A DNA stretch of 64,000 nucleotides, taken from a virus. Taxonomy: Duplodnaviria > Caudoviricetes. The position numbers and the translations under genes are program-made. Under the pieces are notes generated by a model that searched no databases, had not been told where the DNA came from, and worked only from the letters and a program-made list of their open reading frames with translations. Location of the stretch: IMG/VR virus record IMGVR_UViG_3300031801_001562; one strand, 5' to 3'. This document shows positions 37,394-48,191 of this stretch, piece by piece; the stretch's first letter is position 1, and every line of letters starts with the position of its first letter.

Positions 37394-37860
37394 TTATAAA
37401 CTATATCTTCTTCCTCTTCCGATTTTTCAATTGGTTTTATATTTTTCCTTTGTATTTCCGCATGGTACTTCATATGTGCTTCGATAAGTTTATCTTCGTT
37501 AAAAGGCTTATCAGATTGTATCTGCTGAGCTATTTCAATTGCATCATCTGGAGAATCAAACCATTCACTTTTCCACGTTCCTTTAGCTACAATTGTTCTA
37601 GGGTTTGTATATACAATTCCAGATTCTTCAGGTGTCCACCAAAGATGTAACATTCCAATAAATCCTATTTCCGGTGGAGCTTCAAATCCTTGTAAAATAT
37701 GTCTTATGCCCATGCTTTGAAGAAATGGAAACTCTGTTGAATTATAAAACTTATAACGAAATTGAGTTTCCATAGCATGTCTCAAATCTTTTCGCATCTT
37801 CTCTCTATTGTTCATTTCGTCAGAGCTACTCATATATAAACTCCGATATTTCTTCTCCAT
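37390..37860 (-). CDS. hypothetical phage protein
   Basis: 156-aa ORF. Confidence 0.6.
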   Translation of the reverse strand: MEKKYRSLYMSSSDEMNNREKMRKDLRHAMETQFRYKFYNSTEFPFLQSMGIRHILQGFEAPPEIGFIGMLHLWWTPEESGIVYTNPRTIVAKGTWKSEWFDSPDDAIEIAQQIQSDKPFNEDKLIEAHMKYHAEIQRKNIKPIEKSEEEEDIVYN

Positions 37861-38620
37861 CTTTTATATGATATAGATCTTCATGAAACTCTTCTGAGAA
37901 TTTTGTATTATAAAAGAAATTAGAAATAATATTATACAAAACTATATGATTTGGATATGATAAATGATTCTTACGTTTACTTTCAATTTCACTGCGAATA
38001 ATTCCATCATGAAATTCATTACCGCATACTTCACGTAATTGGGTATCTACGATTTTAAAGTTTGAGTCATTAAGAGTCGACCAATCATACGGCACGTCTT
38101 TAAATACATTCTTTTCCGTTGTTAATACTAACGTTTTCATATTGAGATGTTTTAAAAACAAACATGTATAAAACGCCCACATTTTAATCTCAGGTTTAAA
38201 GGTATCATATGCGCCTATAACTTTTTCCATATTATTATAGACACTACCTCCAATTTCATAGCCCTCGCCAGCTTCACCCTTTCTACAAAAATCATCTATA
38301 TTTTCTCCAGATTTATATGCCCTATACATATCGTCTGCGGCTCCAGCATGTGTTGGTTTGTCAAGAAAAGGAAAAGGTATCCGGGTTCTATCTGTTAATA
38401 GAAATATAACTTTATCACCCCGTAAATAACCCTGCCTTGGTAATTTTTCTTGTAATATGCGCAATGACTCATATGTACTTCGACCGCCATTTGAATTAAC
38501 ATCAATGGCTTCATGTTTTTTTAATTGATTTTGCCAGCACAGATCGCCGTTATCAAAATCCCAGTTATAGTCTGGTTCTTCATTATAATCACAATAACTA
38601 TCACCGTATATTAAATACAT
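37826..38620 (-). CDS. SGNH/GDSL-like paralog
   Basis: YGDSY, RKNHLSYPNH. Confidence 0.6.
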   Translation of the reverse strand: MYLIYGDSYCDYNEEPDYNWDFDNGDLCWQNQLKKHEAIDVNSNGGRSTYESLRILQEKLPRQGYLRGDKVIFLLTDRTRIPFPFLDKPTHAGAADDMYRAYKSGENIDDFCRKGEAGEGYEIGGSVYNNMEKVIGAYDTFKPEIKMWAFYTCLFLKHLNMKTLVLTTEKNVFKDVPYDWSTLNDSNFKIVDTQLREVCGNEFHDGIIRSEIESKRKNHLSYPNHIVLYNIISNFFYNTKFSEEFHEDLYHIKDGEEISEFIYE

Positions 38621-39770
38621 ACTTATCCTGATCTTTATTAAATATTTCTAAAACCTCGGTGTCGCTTTTAGTTAAGCCTTCTTCGCGAAACATATCAACC
38701 ATATCTATGTGTTGTAATTTGTCTAAAGCCTTATAATTATATTCCCTCTTCTCAGAAAGATTCTTACACTTATCTATTAATTCTGACGTAGGTATTTTTA
38801 AGATTTCTTTTATTTGAGTTATAACTGAATTCAATCTTTCCTTGTAAGGTTTTTCATCGAATGAATAGTCAAATAATTCATCATATAATTTAAAACCCAT
38901 ATTCTTAAGAGCTTGATGGATATATCTTGGACCTAAAATAATGAATGGTTTCTTATATAACATAGGTTTATATGCTTTTTCTGTTAATACAGTACCAGCT
39001 GAGATACAATAAGCTTCCGTCACGAGATCAATACAACTTTCAATATATTCTAAGGGTACGCTTTCTTCCCGTGATTGCTGTTTCAGTTCCCATTCCTCTA
39101 ATAAATCTTCTCGAGTTCGTTCCTTTAAAGGTTTTTTATTTTTATCTGTCTCGTTTAACTCTGTTAATTCATTTAATAATTCTACTTCACCATCATCTTT
39201 AAAAAACGAATTAATTTGATCTTCATCTTCAAACGGATAGTATGAATATATAAACCTCTCCTCGCCCTGTAAAGCTCTCAGTAAATCTATTCTGTGAGGT
39301 TTTCGAGTACAATTTAATGATACTACATTATATTTTAAATCTAAATCTAATTCATAAGAACGATTCCTATCTCGCGTATTTCTTAAAAACTGTGGTATAC
39401 ATACTTCGGGATAGATTATAGGCTTTAAATTACTATCTACTTCGAATCGTTCTATGTTAGAATGTATATTAAAATCACCTGTAATATAATATACGTTTTT
39501 GCCTTTAAAATCTAAAGTTAAAAGATTATATAAAACATAATCAGTATATTGATATCTATCATCTGATGTTTTTAATGGACTAAACCTATCTGTCTCTCCA
39601 TCAAAAAATATCATATTATCATCTAATAACTCATCTAATAGTGCTTGATTTACTTGATGGTTATTACTTTGTCGTATTCCTAAAATAAAAGATGTTCTGT
39701 CTCCAGGAACATAGAATCTCATAGATAGAATCCAGATATTTGAAGAGTATATTTGTCTTTCAATCCACAA
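38601..39770 (-). CDS. putative glycosyltransferase (GT10-like C-terminus), paralog 1
   Basis: IDLVTE..LTEKAYKPMLYKKPFIILG..GFKLYDELFDYSFD. Confidence 0.5.
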   Translation of the reverse strand: MWIERQIYSSNIWILSMRFYVPGDRTSFILGIRQSNNHQVNQALLDELLDDNMIFFDGETDRFSPLKTSDDRYQYTDYVLYNLLTLDFKGKNVYYITGDFNIHSNIERFEVDSNLKPIIYPEVCIPQFLRNTRDRNRSYELDLDLKYNVVSLNCTRKPHRIDLLRALQGEERFIYSYYPFEDEDQINSFFKDDGEVELLNELTELNETDKNKKPLKERTREDLLEEWELKQQSREESVPLEYIESCIDLVTEAYCISAGTVLTEKAYKPMLYKKPFIILGPRYIHQALKNMGFKLYDELFDYSFDEKPYKERLNSVITQIKEILKIPTSELIDKCKNLSEKREYNYKALDKLQHIDMVDMFREEGLTKSDTEVLEIFNKDQDKYVFNIR

Positions 39771-40255
39771 TTACCACTTAAATGTAAATGGCTTGGATCC
39801 CATAGATATCCTTCAGCCGCACTCCAATGGGTGCTTGATTGCCAATCATGATTTTCATCTTGATAATGCATCAGGTGTCCTGGTTCCCAATCTTGCAAAT
39901 ATATATTTGCTCTTACTTTGGGTCTAGTATCATTTGGATATTCATTTTTAAATTTAAAAAATGTATCTCTATGTAGAGTAACAGTATTACCTGGTGGCTG
40001 AAGTATTGTGCTAACTGTAATTACCTCCATCTTTAATTGTTCACCCAATACTTTATAATCTACATCTCCATCATTAAACCATAATTGTTGTATTCTTGTA
40101 TTATCTTCGGTATAGGTTTCAGGAAAACCTCCTGCTATTTCATGTAAATCTTTTTGTTCTGCAGTTTGATAGCTGATACAACTACCACGATGTTGGTTAT
40201 AATCTGCATCTAAAAATACACTCAAATCATAATCTAATTTAATATCTTCAATCAT
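39719..40255 (-). CDS. 2OG-Fe(II) oxygenase
   Basis: PPGNTVTLHRD, HLSGNCG..KYTLQISG. Confidence 0.7.
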   Translation of the reverse strand: MIEDIKLDYDLSVFLDADYNQHRGSCISYQTAEQKDLHEIAGGFPETYTEDNTRIQQLWFNDGDVDYKVLGEQLKMEVITVSTILQPPGNTVTLHRDTFFKFKNEYPNDTRPKVRANIYLQDWEPGHLMHYQDENHDWQSSTHWSAAEGYLWDPSHLHLSGNCGLKDKYTLQISGFYL

Positions 40256-41517
40256 GTTATACCTTTCTCTTTATCTATTTGCTTTGTGATCTTAAACACA
40301 TCGGTATATTCTCTACACTCTAATAATTGTTTTTTATTATAATATATTTTGTCCTGAATATCTAGTATTTTTTTATCAAATTCACTTTTATCCATATTTA
40401 AAATGTCTTTCATTTGAGTCATGATTGCTTCATGCCTGTATCTAAATGATTCTATTTCATCAAAACTGTAATCAAATAATTCATCATATAATTTAAACCC
40501 TAATTGTTCAAATATCTTATACCATCCAGTGCACCCAACAACGAGAAATGGCTTACAATGAACCAATGCTTTACATGTCTTATCACTCAAACCAAATGCT
40601 CTTATATGATATGTTTCAATAATTAAATCTATCTCCGACTCTAACCACTCCTGCACTGGTAAGAAATCATGATATGCATCTGTGTCGTCTTCAAAACCTT
40701 GTGTAAAAGGCGTTTTAAAATGGATTCGTTTAGTTTGATCAAACCTTTCATTACTCATATTAAATCCACATGATAGATCAACATACTTTGTCTCATCACT
40801 TCTATTATTAAATTCTATAGCGTCTCCATTCTTTACCCACTTCCAAGAGCTCTTAGGATGCATTCTTTCTACGAATGATGTAAAGAACTCATCAGTTTCG
40901 GAGCCGTCTCTTCCTATGCTATTAACTTCTGTGCAGTTGAATGAATATATGAATCCAGGTATACCTGCTAATTCTCTAAGTGTTAATACTCTAGATATCT
41001 TCGGTTGATTAACCATGCTAATCACCCGATATTTTACAGGGATACCCATATCTTCTACAGGTTGATACAACTCATAAAATTTTCGTAATCTGGAGGCACA
41101 GATATCTCTAGCACTTGATGGTACTAGAGGATACATAGTAATTCTCATTTTAGGCTTAACTAATTCACACCAATCATTATAGATATGTTCCGCATTTGCA
41201 TCGCCATTAAGATACCATATTTTATTATCGGGATGAGAATAATTATGAATTATCTCTAATACATTATCATACTGATCACCTAATAACGGATGGTATCCTC
41301 CTGATTCATTAGCATTCCATATCATTATATTTTTATCTGTCTTCTCCTTTAACCTTTCAAGAGAATAATTCCAATGATCAAATCCAGGCGGCTTTGGGAC
41401 GTCCGGTGGTGTTAAAAATTCTTCTTTTGATTCGTATGCGCGGCCGTGACTAATGTATAGCCAATTCCCTGATTCGTTTTGCATTGTACTCCAATTTAGG
41501 TTGTAATCTCTTTTCAA
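40252..41517 (-). CDS. putative glycosyltransferase (GT10-like), paralog 2
   Basis: IDLIIET..SDKTCKALVHCKPFLVVG..GFKLYDELFDYSFD. Confidence 0.5.
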   Translation of the reverse strand: MKRDYNLNWSTMQNESGNWLYISHGRAYESKEEFLTPPDVPKPPGFDHWNYSLERLKEKTDKNIMIWNANESGGYHPLLGDQYDNVLEIIHNYSHPDNKIWYLNGDANAEHIYNDWCELVKPKMRITMYPLVPSSARDICASRLRKFYELYQPVEDMGIPVKYRVISMVNQPKISRVLTLRELAGIPGFIYSFNCTEVNSIGRDGSETDEFFTSFVERMHPKSSWKWVKNGDAIEFNNRSDETKYVDLSCGFNMSNERFDQTKRIHFKTPFTQGFEDDTDAYHDFLPVQEWLESEIDLIIETYHIRAFGLSDKTCKALVHCKPFLVVGCTGWYKIFEQLGFKLYDELFDYSFDEIESFRYRHEAIMTQMKDILNMDKSEFDKKILDIQDKIYYNKKQLLECREYTDVFKITKQIDKEKGIT

Positions 41518-42523
41518 TTTTTTTTATTTCTTCTTTATCCATATCTAATATCTTATCACATTGTCTCATTATATTTTTCCATCTATCTTCAAATAAGGGG
41601 TTAGAATCAAAACTGTAATCAAATAATTCATCATATAATTTAAATCCCATTCTTTCAAACTCTCTATACCAATTAGGTCCTCCTATAGTTAAGAATATCT
41701 TTTTCCAGTATAGCGGCTTGCATGATTTATCTGATAGGTAATTTGCTACACATACTTTATTTTCTTGAACTAAATCTATATACGATTGCCACCATTCTTT
41801 AGGAGGAAATATGTCGTGTTGACATGAAGTGCCTATTGCTTCTCGAGGACATTCTTCAGTTAATAATACTCTCTCTCGTGCATTAAAATTTCTAAAACTC
41901 AAATCACATGGCGCCGGATAATCCGCAGGATATATCATATCTAATGTTTCAATACTATTGCCGTCGTGCCAGTCCCATTTCTTACCTAACCAGGCTTCCG
42001 TAGTATTTTTCCAATTCTCTCCAATCGCTTCTTCATCGTTTAATAAATGAGTGGGGGTGACTCTGTAAGAATACTTAAACCAAGAATTACCTGTTAAACG
42101 TCCTAGAGTAAGTAATCGAAATATTCTGGGATTATTAACTAATGTAACAATCTTATAGAGTCGTTTATGGGTAGGTGCTTGATACTCACTCCACAAGGAA
42201 TTCATCGTATTCACATACTTTGATATCATAAACCTCCAATTTGGGTTTACTTTTATCTTAAATTCCGGTTTAACTATTTGACACCATCTATCATAATTTT
42301 GTTGTAATAAACTATCGTGATTGGAAAACGTCACATTATTGTCAGGATGTGCAAAATCATGAATAACCTGTAATAATTTGTCGTCTTCTCGCCCATGCAA
42401 CGGATAATAGCCCTGTGCTTCCCACTCGTCTTTAATAACTATAGGTTCATCAATTGGATTAGATATAATTTCTAATTCTGGATACTCTGTTTTTCCTATA
42501 GTGGACTCTACTTTTATAATCAT
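41450..42523 (-). CDS. putative glycosyltransferase (GT10-like), paralog 3
   Basis: IDLVQE..SDKSCKPLYWKKIFLTIG..GFKLYDELFDYSFD. Confidence 0.5.
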   Translation of the reverse strand: MIIKVESTIGKTEYPELEIISNPIDEPIVIKDEWEAQGYYPLHGREDDKLLQVIHDFAHPDNNVTFSNHDSLLQQNYDRWCQIVKPEFKIKVNPNWRFMISKYVNTMNSLWSEYQAPTHKRLYKIVTLVNNPRIFRLLTLGRLTGNSWFKYSYRVTPTHLLNDEEAIGENWKNTTEAWLGKKWDWHDGNSIETLDMIYPADYPAPCDLSFRNFNARERVLLTEECPREAIGTSCQHDIFPPKEWWQSYIDLVQENKVCVANYLSDKSCKPLYWKKIFLTIGGPNWYREFERMGFKLYDELFDYSFDSNPLFEDRWKNIMRQCDKILDMDKEEIKKIEKRLQPKLEYNAKRIRELAIH

Positions 42524-43197
42524 AATCCTTTTTCATAATCAATGATATAGCTTTTTATGCTAGGCCTCACATATCGATGATTTATAAATGTTTTCTTTAT
42601 TATCTCTTTATTAATTTTGTTTTCATCGTTGACAACAAATTGTATAATTGGAAACTCTGGAAAGGTATCAGCCATAAAAGATTCAGGAATCTTTATTTGT
42701 AAATCAGCAGAAGTAGTTTCAGGAACTCTGGGAGGATAAACGGAAATCACTTCTAAAATTATTCTATCTATTAAGAGATCTTTTACATTATTTAAAAACT
42801 CTTTAAATTCGTGATATTCATCAGACTCAAATAGATGATAAAAGTCTCCATTATTTACATGTATAGTTCTATATTCTCTGTATATATTCCATTCTATAGA
42901 TGTATTAGATCTATCAAAATCAACTGTTAGACATTTTTTTAATATATTAACATAATCATGATTCCTAAAACATCCTTCAAATAGCTTTACATCTACAAAA
43001 CGAGTTTGTTCATAATCAATTTCATCAATATTTACTGAGGGTGTTATACTATCATCGTCATAATCTGAACATGAACGATATAATTCTCTGCCAAATACTA
43101 AATTATCTAGATGCAGCATATTTTGTCTATACAAAAAACCTCTCTGTTCTCCTACCCCACCACATACATTCACGAGCCCACTTTTCCAAATTACCAT
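42520..43197 (-). CDS. hypothetical protein
   Basis: coupled ORF within the tailoring cluster. Confidence 0.55.
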   Translation of the reverse strand: MVIWKSGLVNVCGGVGEQRGFLYRQNMLHLDNLVFGRELYRSCSDYDDDSITPSVNIDEIDYEQTRFVDVKLFEGCFRNHDYVNILKKCLTVDFDRSNTSIEWNIYREYRTIHVNNGDFYHLFESDEYHEFKEFLNNVKDLLIDRIILEVISVYPPRVPETTSADLQIKIPESFMADTFPEFPIIQFVVNDENKINKEIIKKTFINHRYVRPSIKSYIIDYEKGL

Positions 43198-44935
43198 TAT
43201 ATACTTCGTAAGGGTCTTTCATCTTATTATACTGAGTATCAACTATTGAATGATTAAACCCATACTCATCTTTTAAATAATCTCCTATTTCTCCATAGAA
43301 ACGGTCTTTTTCTTTAGCAATATGTATAGCAGTTGCTTCTTCATATTCCCAATATATATTAGAGGCTCCCGGAACTTTACGCCCCCATGGAATCTCTCTA
43401 TCAAATACCTTCTTTAATAGTCTCATTGTTACTGTATATTCTCTATATAGTAATGACTTATCGTTTTCATTAAACCACTCGAATAATCCATTATAAAACT
43501 CTCTCATTGATATATTATGATTATTCTTTAATTCTAATGCTAATATTCTAAGCCATCCTAAAAAATGTAGAGATATCATAAACCACTTCCATCCAGAGGC
43601 ATCTAAGTATTCATCAAACGTCATATTACTAGAACCGACTACTACAGAATTAGTGTCTTTTAATAATTGGTCTGGAGGATGTTCATGGTGAAAAAATGCA
43701 GGTGATGTTTGTTTTATTAGTACATTATATTTTCTGCAATATTCAGGATCCCCAAATGGGGTTTGGGGAAGAGCCACCATTATATATATGCCGATGTAAT
43801 TGTGATAATCTATATCATCAATCAATCTAAAGAGACCTTCTTTAAAGCTATGTAGTGATTCCTCTGGTAGTCCAAGAATAGTTTCTATGTAACATGGTAC
43901 TCCTCTACTTTTTAAATAATCTATCACCTCTTTTAGATTAGTATTCTCATTAGATCTTTCAATCGCTTTTAATGTATCATCATTCATCGATTGTAGAGCG
44001 ATTGTAACACTTTTATTAAGGCCTACCTTCCATAAGTCTTCTGCTATATCAAATAGCCATGCCTTCTTATGCTTCGCCCATGTTATATTAAGTGTATCCG
44101 GATATCCAGTAGATTTTTTAGTATCAATCAGTAAATCAGATATAATCTTATGATCTTTGAACATGCCAAAATTATTATCAATAAGGTGTAAGTATTCTAT
44201 CTTTTTATCAGCTATCCAATCAATCTCTTTTATTAACTTATCATTGTCTTGTCTATGCACTTTGGTCCAGTGCCTATCACCTGTCTCACAAAAAGTACAC
44301 ATATATGGACAGCCACGCGATAATTCTACTAAGCCCTCCCATTCATATGGATAATCTTTAATTTCCAGGAGATCATCAAATAACCCATCTAAATATGGGC
44401 TTGGTAGTGTTTTGATGTCTTTTATTCTCTCTCTGTCTCCTCCATTTTGAAATAACGATGTTGTAATACCCTTGACCATACTGAGGTCTTGCTCGTGTAA
44501 TAGCGCTTTAAGGATGTGTTTAAACCCTGTCTCACCTTCATTATGTACTGCCACATCAATGAATGGTTTATCTTTTAAGAACTTTTTACATCTGTTGGGA
44601 TGTGGTAAATTTAGCCCGCCGTATATAATTAAACAATTAGGGTTTATCTTTTTTATTTCAGCACATAACCTATCACTCGCGTGCTCATTCCATACAAAAT
44701 AAGAAGTAGCTATGATATCACATTCGGCCAACTTTCTAGCCGTAGCTGAATAATCAAAATCGCCATCAAGTACATACACCCAGTCATTAACATCAAAAGA
44801 ATAATTATCAGTAATCTCTTTATCAGTCCTGCAATAACTCCAAATACAACCTGTTGAGTATGGCAACTTAATCTGGTTGGAAAATATATGTGTTAATTCA
44901 ACAAACGCGATGCGCTTAGAAGTCGTATTGTTCAT
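43127..44935 (-). CDS. cobalamin-binding radical SAM protein
   Basis: N-terminal B12-binding-like domain (LPYS.G..SYFVWN..GGLN), RGCPYMCTFC. Confidence 0.9.
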   Translation of the reverse strand: MNNTTSKRIAFVELTHIFSNQIKLPYSTGCIWSYCRTDKEITDNYSFDVNDWVYVLDGDFDYSATARKLAECDIIATSYFVWNEHASDRLCAEIKKINPNCLIIYGGLNLPHPNRCKKFLKDKPFIDVAVHNEGETGFKHILKALLHEQDLSMVKGITTSLFQNGGDRERIKDIKTLPSPYLDGLFDDLLEIKDYPYEWEGLVELSRGCPYMCTFCETGDRHWTKVHRQDNDKLIKEIDWIADKKIEYLHLIDNNFGMFKDHKIISDLLIDTKKSTGYPDTLNITWAKHKKAWLFDIAEDLWKVGLNKSVTIALQSMNDDTLKAIERSNENTNLKEVIDYLKSRGVPCYIETILGLPEESLHSFKEGLFRLIDDIDYHNYIGIYIMVALPQTPFGDPEYCRKYNVLIKQTSPAFFHHEHPPDQLLKDTNSVVVGSSNMTFDEYLDASGWKWFMISLHFLGWLRILALELKNNHNISMREFYNGLFEWFNENDKSLLYREYTVTMRLLKKVFDREIPWGRKVPGASNIYWEYEEATAIHIAKEKDRFYGEIGDYLKDEYGFNHSIVDTQYNKMKDPYEVYNGNLEKWARECMWWGRRTERFFV

Positions 44936-45971
44936 TTTTACCTTCTCTATGTAAGTCCAATGTCACACAATGAAATCCACCCCCTAATGTTTTAGCATGT
45001 CTTAGGCGCATGGGGATTGAATCAATATTATATTTTTTTAATTCTTTTATTAGTGGCGTTTGACTTTCTTCTACAATAACTACTTTTTCATTAATACTTA
45101 AAATATTTAGTCCTATTGCGGGTGATGCAATAGCAATGCTAGCGTCAGATGAACCACTGCTGCTTCTAATACCCTGATCTACTATATCTGTAAAGAATAT
45201 CTTATCCCATTTCTTAAATATTTCAGGATAATTATCTTCACTACATCTATGTCCGTTTAATAATACGAGACCTGGTCTTAACGGTATTACTGTGCTGTCA
45301 AAATGTGCTCCTGAATACTGATATGCTAGATGTACATTATATTCTGGAAACATTGATTGAAGCCATTTGCCTCCTTTTTCATTACCGCTATTACTCACCT
45401 GATATAATAAATCTTTGCCCATTCTTACAACATTTGCGGCGTCAAAAAGAATTTCTTTATTCATTAATGTTGGTTTCGATAAGTCTTCAAAATTAAACGA
45501 TGCATCTAATAATTGAGGTCTAGGAGCTGAAAACCATTTACCGGAACATTGATTCAAAATACGTCTATAGGCGTGCATCTCAAAGTACCGACTACGCATT
45601 ACATTGGGAGTTTCAATTAAACAATCATTTAGTACTAAAAATATATCACGCGGGCAATAATTATACCATCCTTGTGCTATCCATTCCGAAGACATTACTC
45701 TTCTTTTGTGATTTGTTTTATCTGGTCTATGAACTTTTATATCCAAACTTGTCAGAACCTTACAAAACAACCCTAAATCTTCATTGGTCTCTTCTATAAC
45801 TTGTTTATCATACGATCCAACTAGAGATTTAATTTTATTATCACTCAAATTCGCATACATGAAATTCTTCATGGATAAATCAAACGAAGGTATCCGAGCA
45901 CCGGTAGCATCTCCAACGATTACCTCTTTAAGAGGGTCCCATCCGTTACAGGATTGTATAATAGTTTCCAA
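44916..45971 (-). CDS. amidinotransferase (glycine/inosamine-phosphate amidinotransferase family)
   Basis: NGWDPLKEVIVG, YCPRD, FDAAN, HFDST, GGGFHCVTLD (Asp/His/Cys triad). Confidence 0.92.
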   Translation of the reverse strand: METIIQSCNGWDPLKEVIVGDATGARIPSFDLSMKNFMYANLSDNKIKSLVGSYDKQVIEETNEDLGLFCKVLTSLDIKVHRPDKTNHKRRVMSSEWIAQGWYNYCPRDIFLVLNDCLIETPNVMRSRYFEMHAYRRILNQCSGKWFSAPRPQLLDASFNFEDLSKPTLMNKEILFDAANVVRMGKDLLYQVSNSGNEKGGKWLQSMFPEYNVHLAYQYSGAHFDSTVIPLRPGLVLLNGHRCSEDNYPEIFKKWDKIFFTDIVDQGIRSSSGSSDASIAIASPAIGLNILSINEKVVIVEESQTPLIKELKKYNIDSIPMRLRHAKTLGGGFHCVTLDLHREGKNEQYDF

Positions 45972-46647
45972 TTTTAAATAATTCTTTTTGTGTTTGCCAT
46001 TTGCCTCTCTTTCTTACTTTTACATCAGAAAGACTTTCATTATTATATTCACTCCAACCACATGCTTTGAAGTCCATAGAAACTCTAGTATTTTTAGATT
46101 TATTATGCACGTAGCCACCATGCAACACTTGATCAAACACAACCATTTCTCCATGTTTAGGTGTTTGCATTACATCATCTACAAATATGCCGTTATCCTC
46201 ATCCATATCTGTTAAAGGAATTATAAAATTAGTTTCAAACTCTGGGTGATGAAAAGGAAAATCCATTTCATAATGTATATTAGCTTCTCTATCGTTTATT
46301 AGAGTTGTATCTTCATAAAATTTCCAATCATATCCTGATGGGAATATTTTAATTGATGGTAATTGTTGTATTACCGTATTCTCACCAAACCAAGATTTCA
46401 CTACATCTTTTTGAAACTCCCACCACATAAATCTAAACGCATAGGACTCATGCAATAATACTCTATAGAGTTTTTCAATCAATCCATATTGTGTATCTTC
46501 TTCAGGTAAATGTACTCCGCCTGCAGTATTATAAGTCACTGGTTTAATGTCATGATTCAAATGTATATCTTCAAGTCGACCTAAGCAGTCTTCAAACCAT
46601 TTTCTAAAGTTATATTTCTCTATGTCATATTTGATTATCTCAATCAT
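45946..46647 (-). CDS. StrG-like protein (probable non-heme iron oxygenase fold)
   Basis: QQLPSIKI, HYEMDF..HHPEFETNFIIPLT, HGGYVHNKSKNTRVSMDF. Confidence 0.55.
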   Translation of the reverse strand: MIEIIKYDIEKYNFRKWFEDCLGRLEDIHLNHDIKPVTYNTAGGVHLPEEDTQYGLIEKLYRVLLHESYAFRFMWWEFQKDVVKSWFGENTVIQQLPSIKIFPSGYDWKFYEDTTLINDREANIHYEMDFPFHHPEFETNFIIPLTDMDEDNGIFVDDVMQTPKHGEMVVFDQVLHGGYVHNKSKNTRVSMDFKACGWSEYNNESLSDVKVRKRGKWQTQKELFKIGNYYTIL

Positions 46648-47428
46648 ATACAAACTCGTCTTTATTATATGTGCCTTTATACACATTCTTTAAAAATTTA
46701 GGAATTTCCTTACCGTCTACAAACCCAGCTATTTGTTTGTACATTACCTCATGATTGACATCTGTAAGGTGATTAACTCTAAAATGAAGATCATCGGATA
46801 TTTTATGAATTAACCTTTCTTCTTCTACATATTCATTCCAAACAACTCTCTCTAATCCTTCATCATGGACGTAAAAATATTCATCATTTAATGAATTTTT
46901 AATATAAGATTCTTCCATACTTAAATGGTATATGAATATTTTACATTTTTGTATTCTTGAAGCTGTATATAATAATGATTCATATTTCCAATTACCATAG
47001 ACAGTTTCATCGCGGAATGTATCTACAGCAAAGCGTGCCTTGTCTTTATTTATTTTTATCCATTTATCATATTCAGATTCTAATTCGATACCATCTCCTG
47101 CTTTGTCCGATGATTCTGAATCCGTAATATTTCTTACTATCCTACCATTCCATTGGTGTATTTCGCCGCCGGCTTCTTCAATGTTAAAATATATTCTAGG
47201 AGCTCCTGACACAACAAATACAATTAAATCCTCATGAGTATAACTATGAAGACTCTCATAAAATTTTTTAAATGAATACATCGGCCCTGAACCGGATTTA
47301 CCATAATTTACAGTTTCAGGCCACCTCTTTCTCAATAATCCATACCATGTAATTTCTTGCCACCTGGAGGGATCACTCCAACTAGGATCTGCAAAGCTAT
47401 CACCATATATTGTTACTCTTTCAATCAT
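46640..47428 (-). CDS. SGNH/GDSL-like paralog
   Basis: YGDSFADP, NYGKSGSGP, RVNHLTDVNH. Confidence 0.65.
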   Translation of the reverse strand: MIERVTIYGDSFADPSWSDPSRWQEITWYGLLRKRWPETVNYGKSGSGPMYSFKKFYESLHSYTHEDLIVFVVSGAPRIYFNIEEAGGEIHQWNGRIVRNITDSESSDKAGDGIELESEYDKWIKINKDKARFAVDTFRDETVYGNWKYESLLYTASRIQKCKIFIYHLSMEESYIKNSLNDEYFYVHDEGLERVVWNEYVEEERLIHKISDDLHFRVNHLTDVNHEVMYKQIAGFVDGKEIPKFLKNVYKGTYNKDEFVYD

Positions 47429-48191
47429 ATATAAATCTGTCTGTTGGTTGATCTGGTTCTTCTAACAGATTATAATTAAATTCTGGTATCGTTCGAATAC
47501 CTTGAACAAAATTATTAATAATATTATACATCACTTTATGATTCTCTTCAGACAAATGATTATTTCTTTTATTGTCTTCATAAAAAGGTTCGCCTGGATT
47601 TTTATATTCATTTCTAGATATATCTTGTAAAGCCATAGGATTTATATAAAATAATCCATCATTAAGGCTATCTTTTATATACGAATCATCATAGTTTAAA
47701 AAGAATATACAAATTTTACATTTATGTATTCTGGATATTGTATAGAGAAATGATTCATTCTTTTTATTACTGTTTATTACTTCTCTTTCAAATGTCTTCA
47801 TCGTATAAGACATATGATCTTTATGAGATTGATGAAAAGATGGATCAAAGACATCATTGCATTTCATTTTTTGATTTTTAAAATCCCAATAAGATTCATG
47901 AACTAACATAATATCATTGTGTTCATAGGTTCTATACTCTTTGGGAAGATGATATTGAATTCTTTCTTCTCCAGATAAAATCCATATGACTAAATCTTCT
48001 TTATCAAATTGTTTATATCGTCTATAAAACTCTTTCATACTATAATGAGGCCCAGTACCAGCCTTAGCGAAGTTATTATACTCGAGTTGTTTAGCTAACG
48101 TTTCATACCAAGTCTCATGCACATATCTTTCTTTTCCCCAATTTGGATCAGCATAGCTATCACCAAATATCCATACTCTTTTAATCGTCAT
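47421..48191 (-). CDS. SGNH/GDSL-like paralog
   Basis: FGDSYADP, NFAKAGTGP, RNNHLSEENH. Confidence 0.65.
   Translation of the reverse strand: MTIKRVWIFGDSYADPNWGKERYVHETWYETLAKQLEYNNFAKAGTGPHYSMKEFYRRYKQFDKEDLVIWILSGEERIQYHLPKEYRTYEHNDIMLVHESYWDFKNQKMKCNDVFDPSFHQSHKDHMSYTMKTFEREVINSNKKNESFLYTISRIHKCKICIFFLNYDDSYIKDSLNDGLFYINPMALQDISRNEYKNPGEPFYEDNKRNNHLSEENHKVMYNIINNFVQGIRTIPEFNYNLLEEPDQPTDRFIYD

Noticed and set aside
6039-45971. Saxitoxin-like pathway (amidinotransferase + carbamoyltransferase)
   Set aside because: There is no PKS-like SxtA; the GT/SGNH/DegT context favours sugar chemistry, and the two genes are ~38 kb apart.
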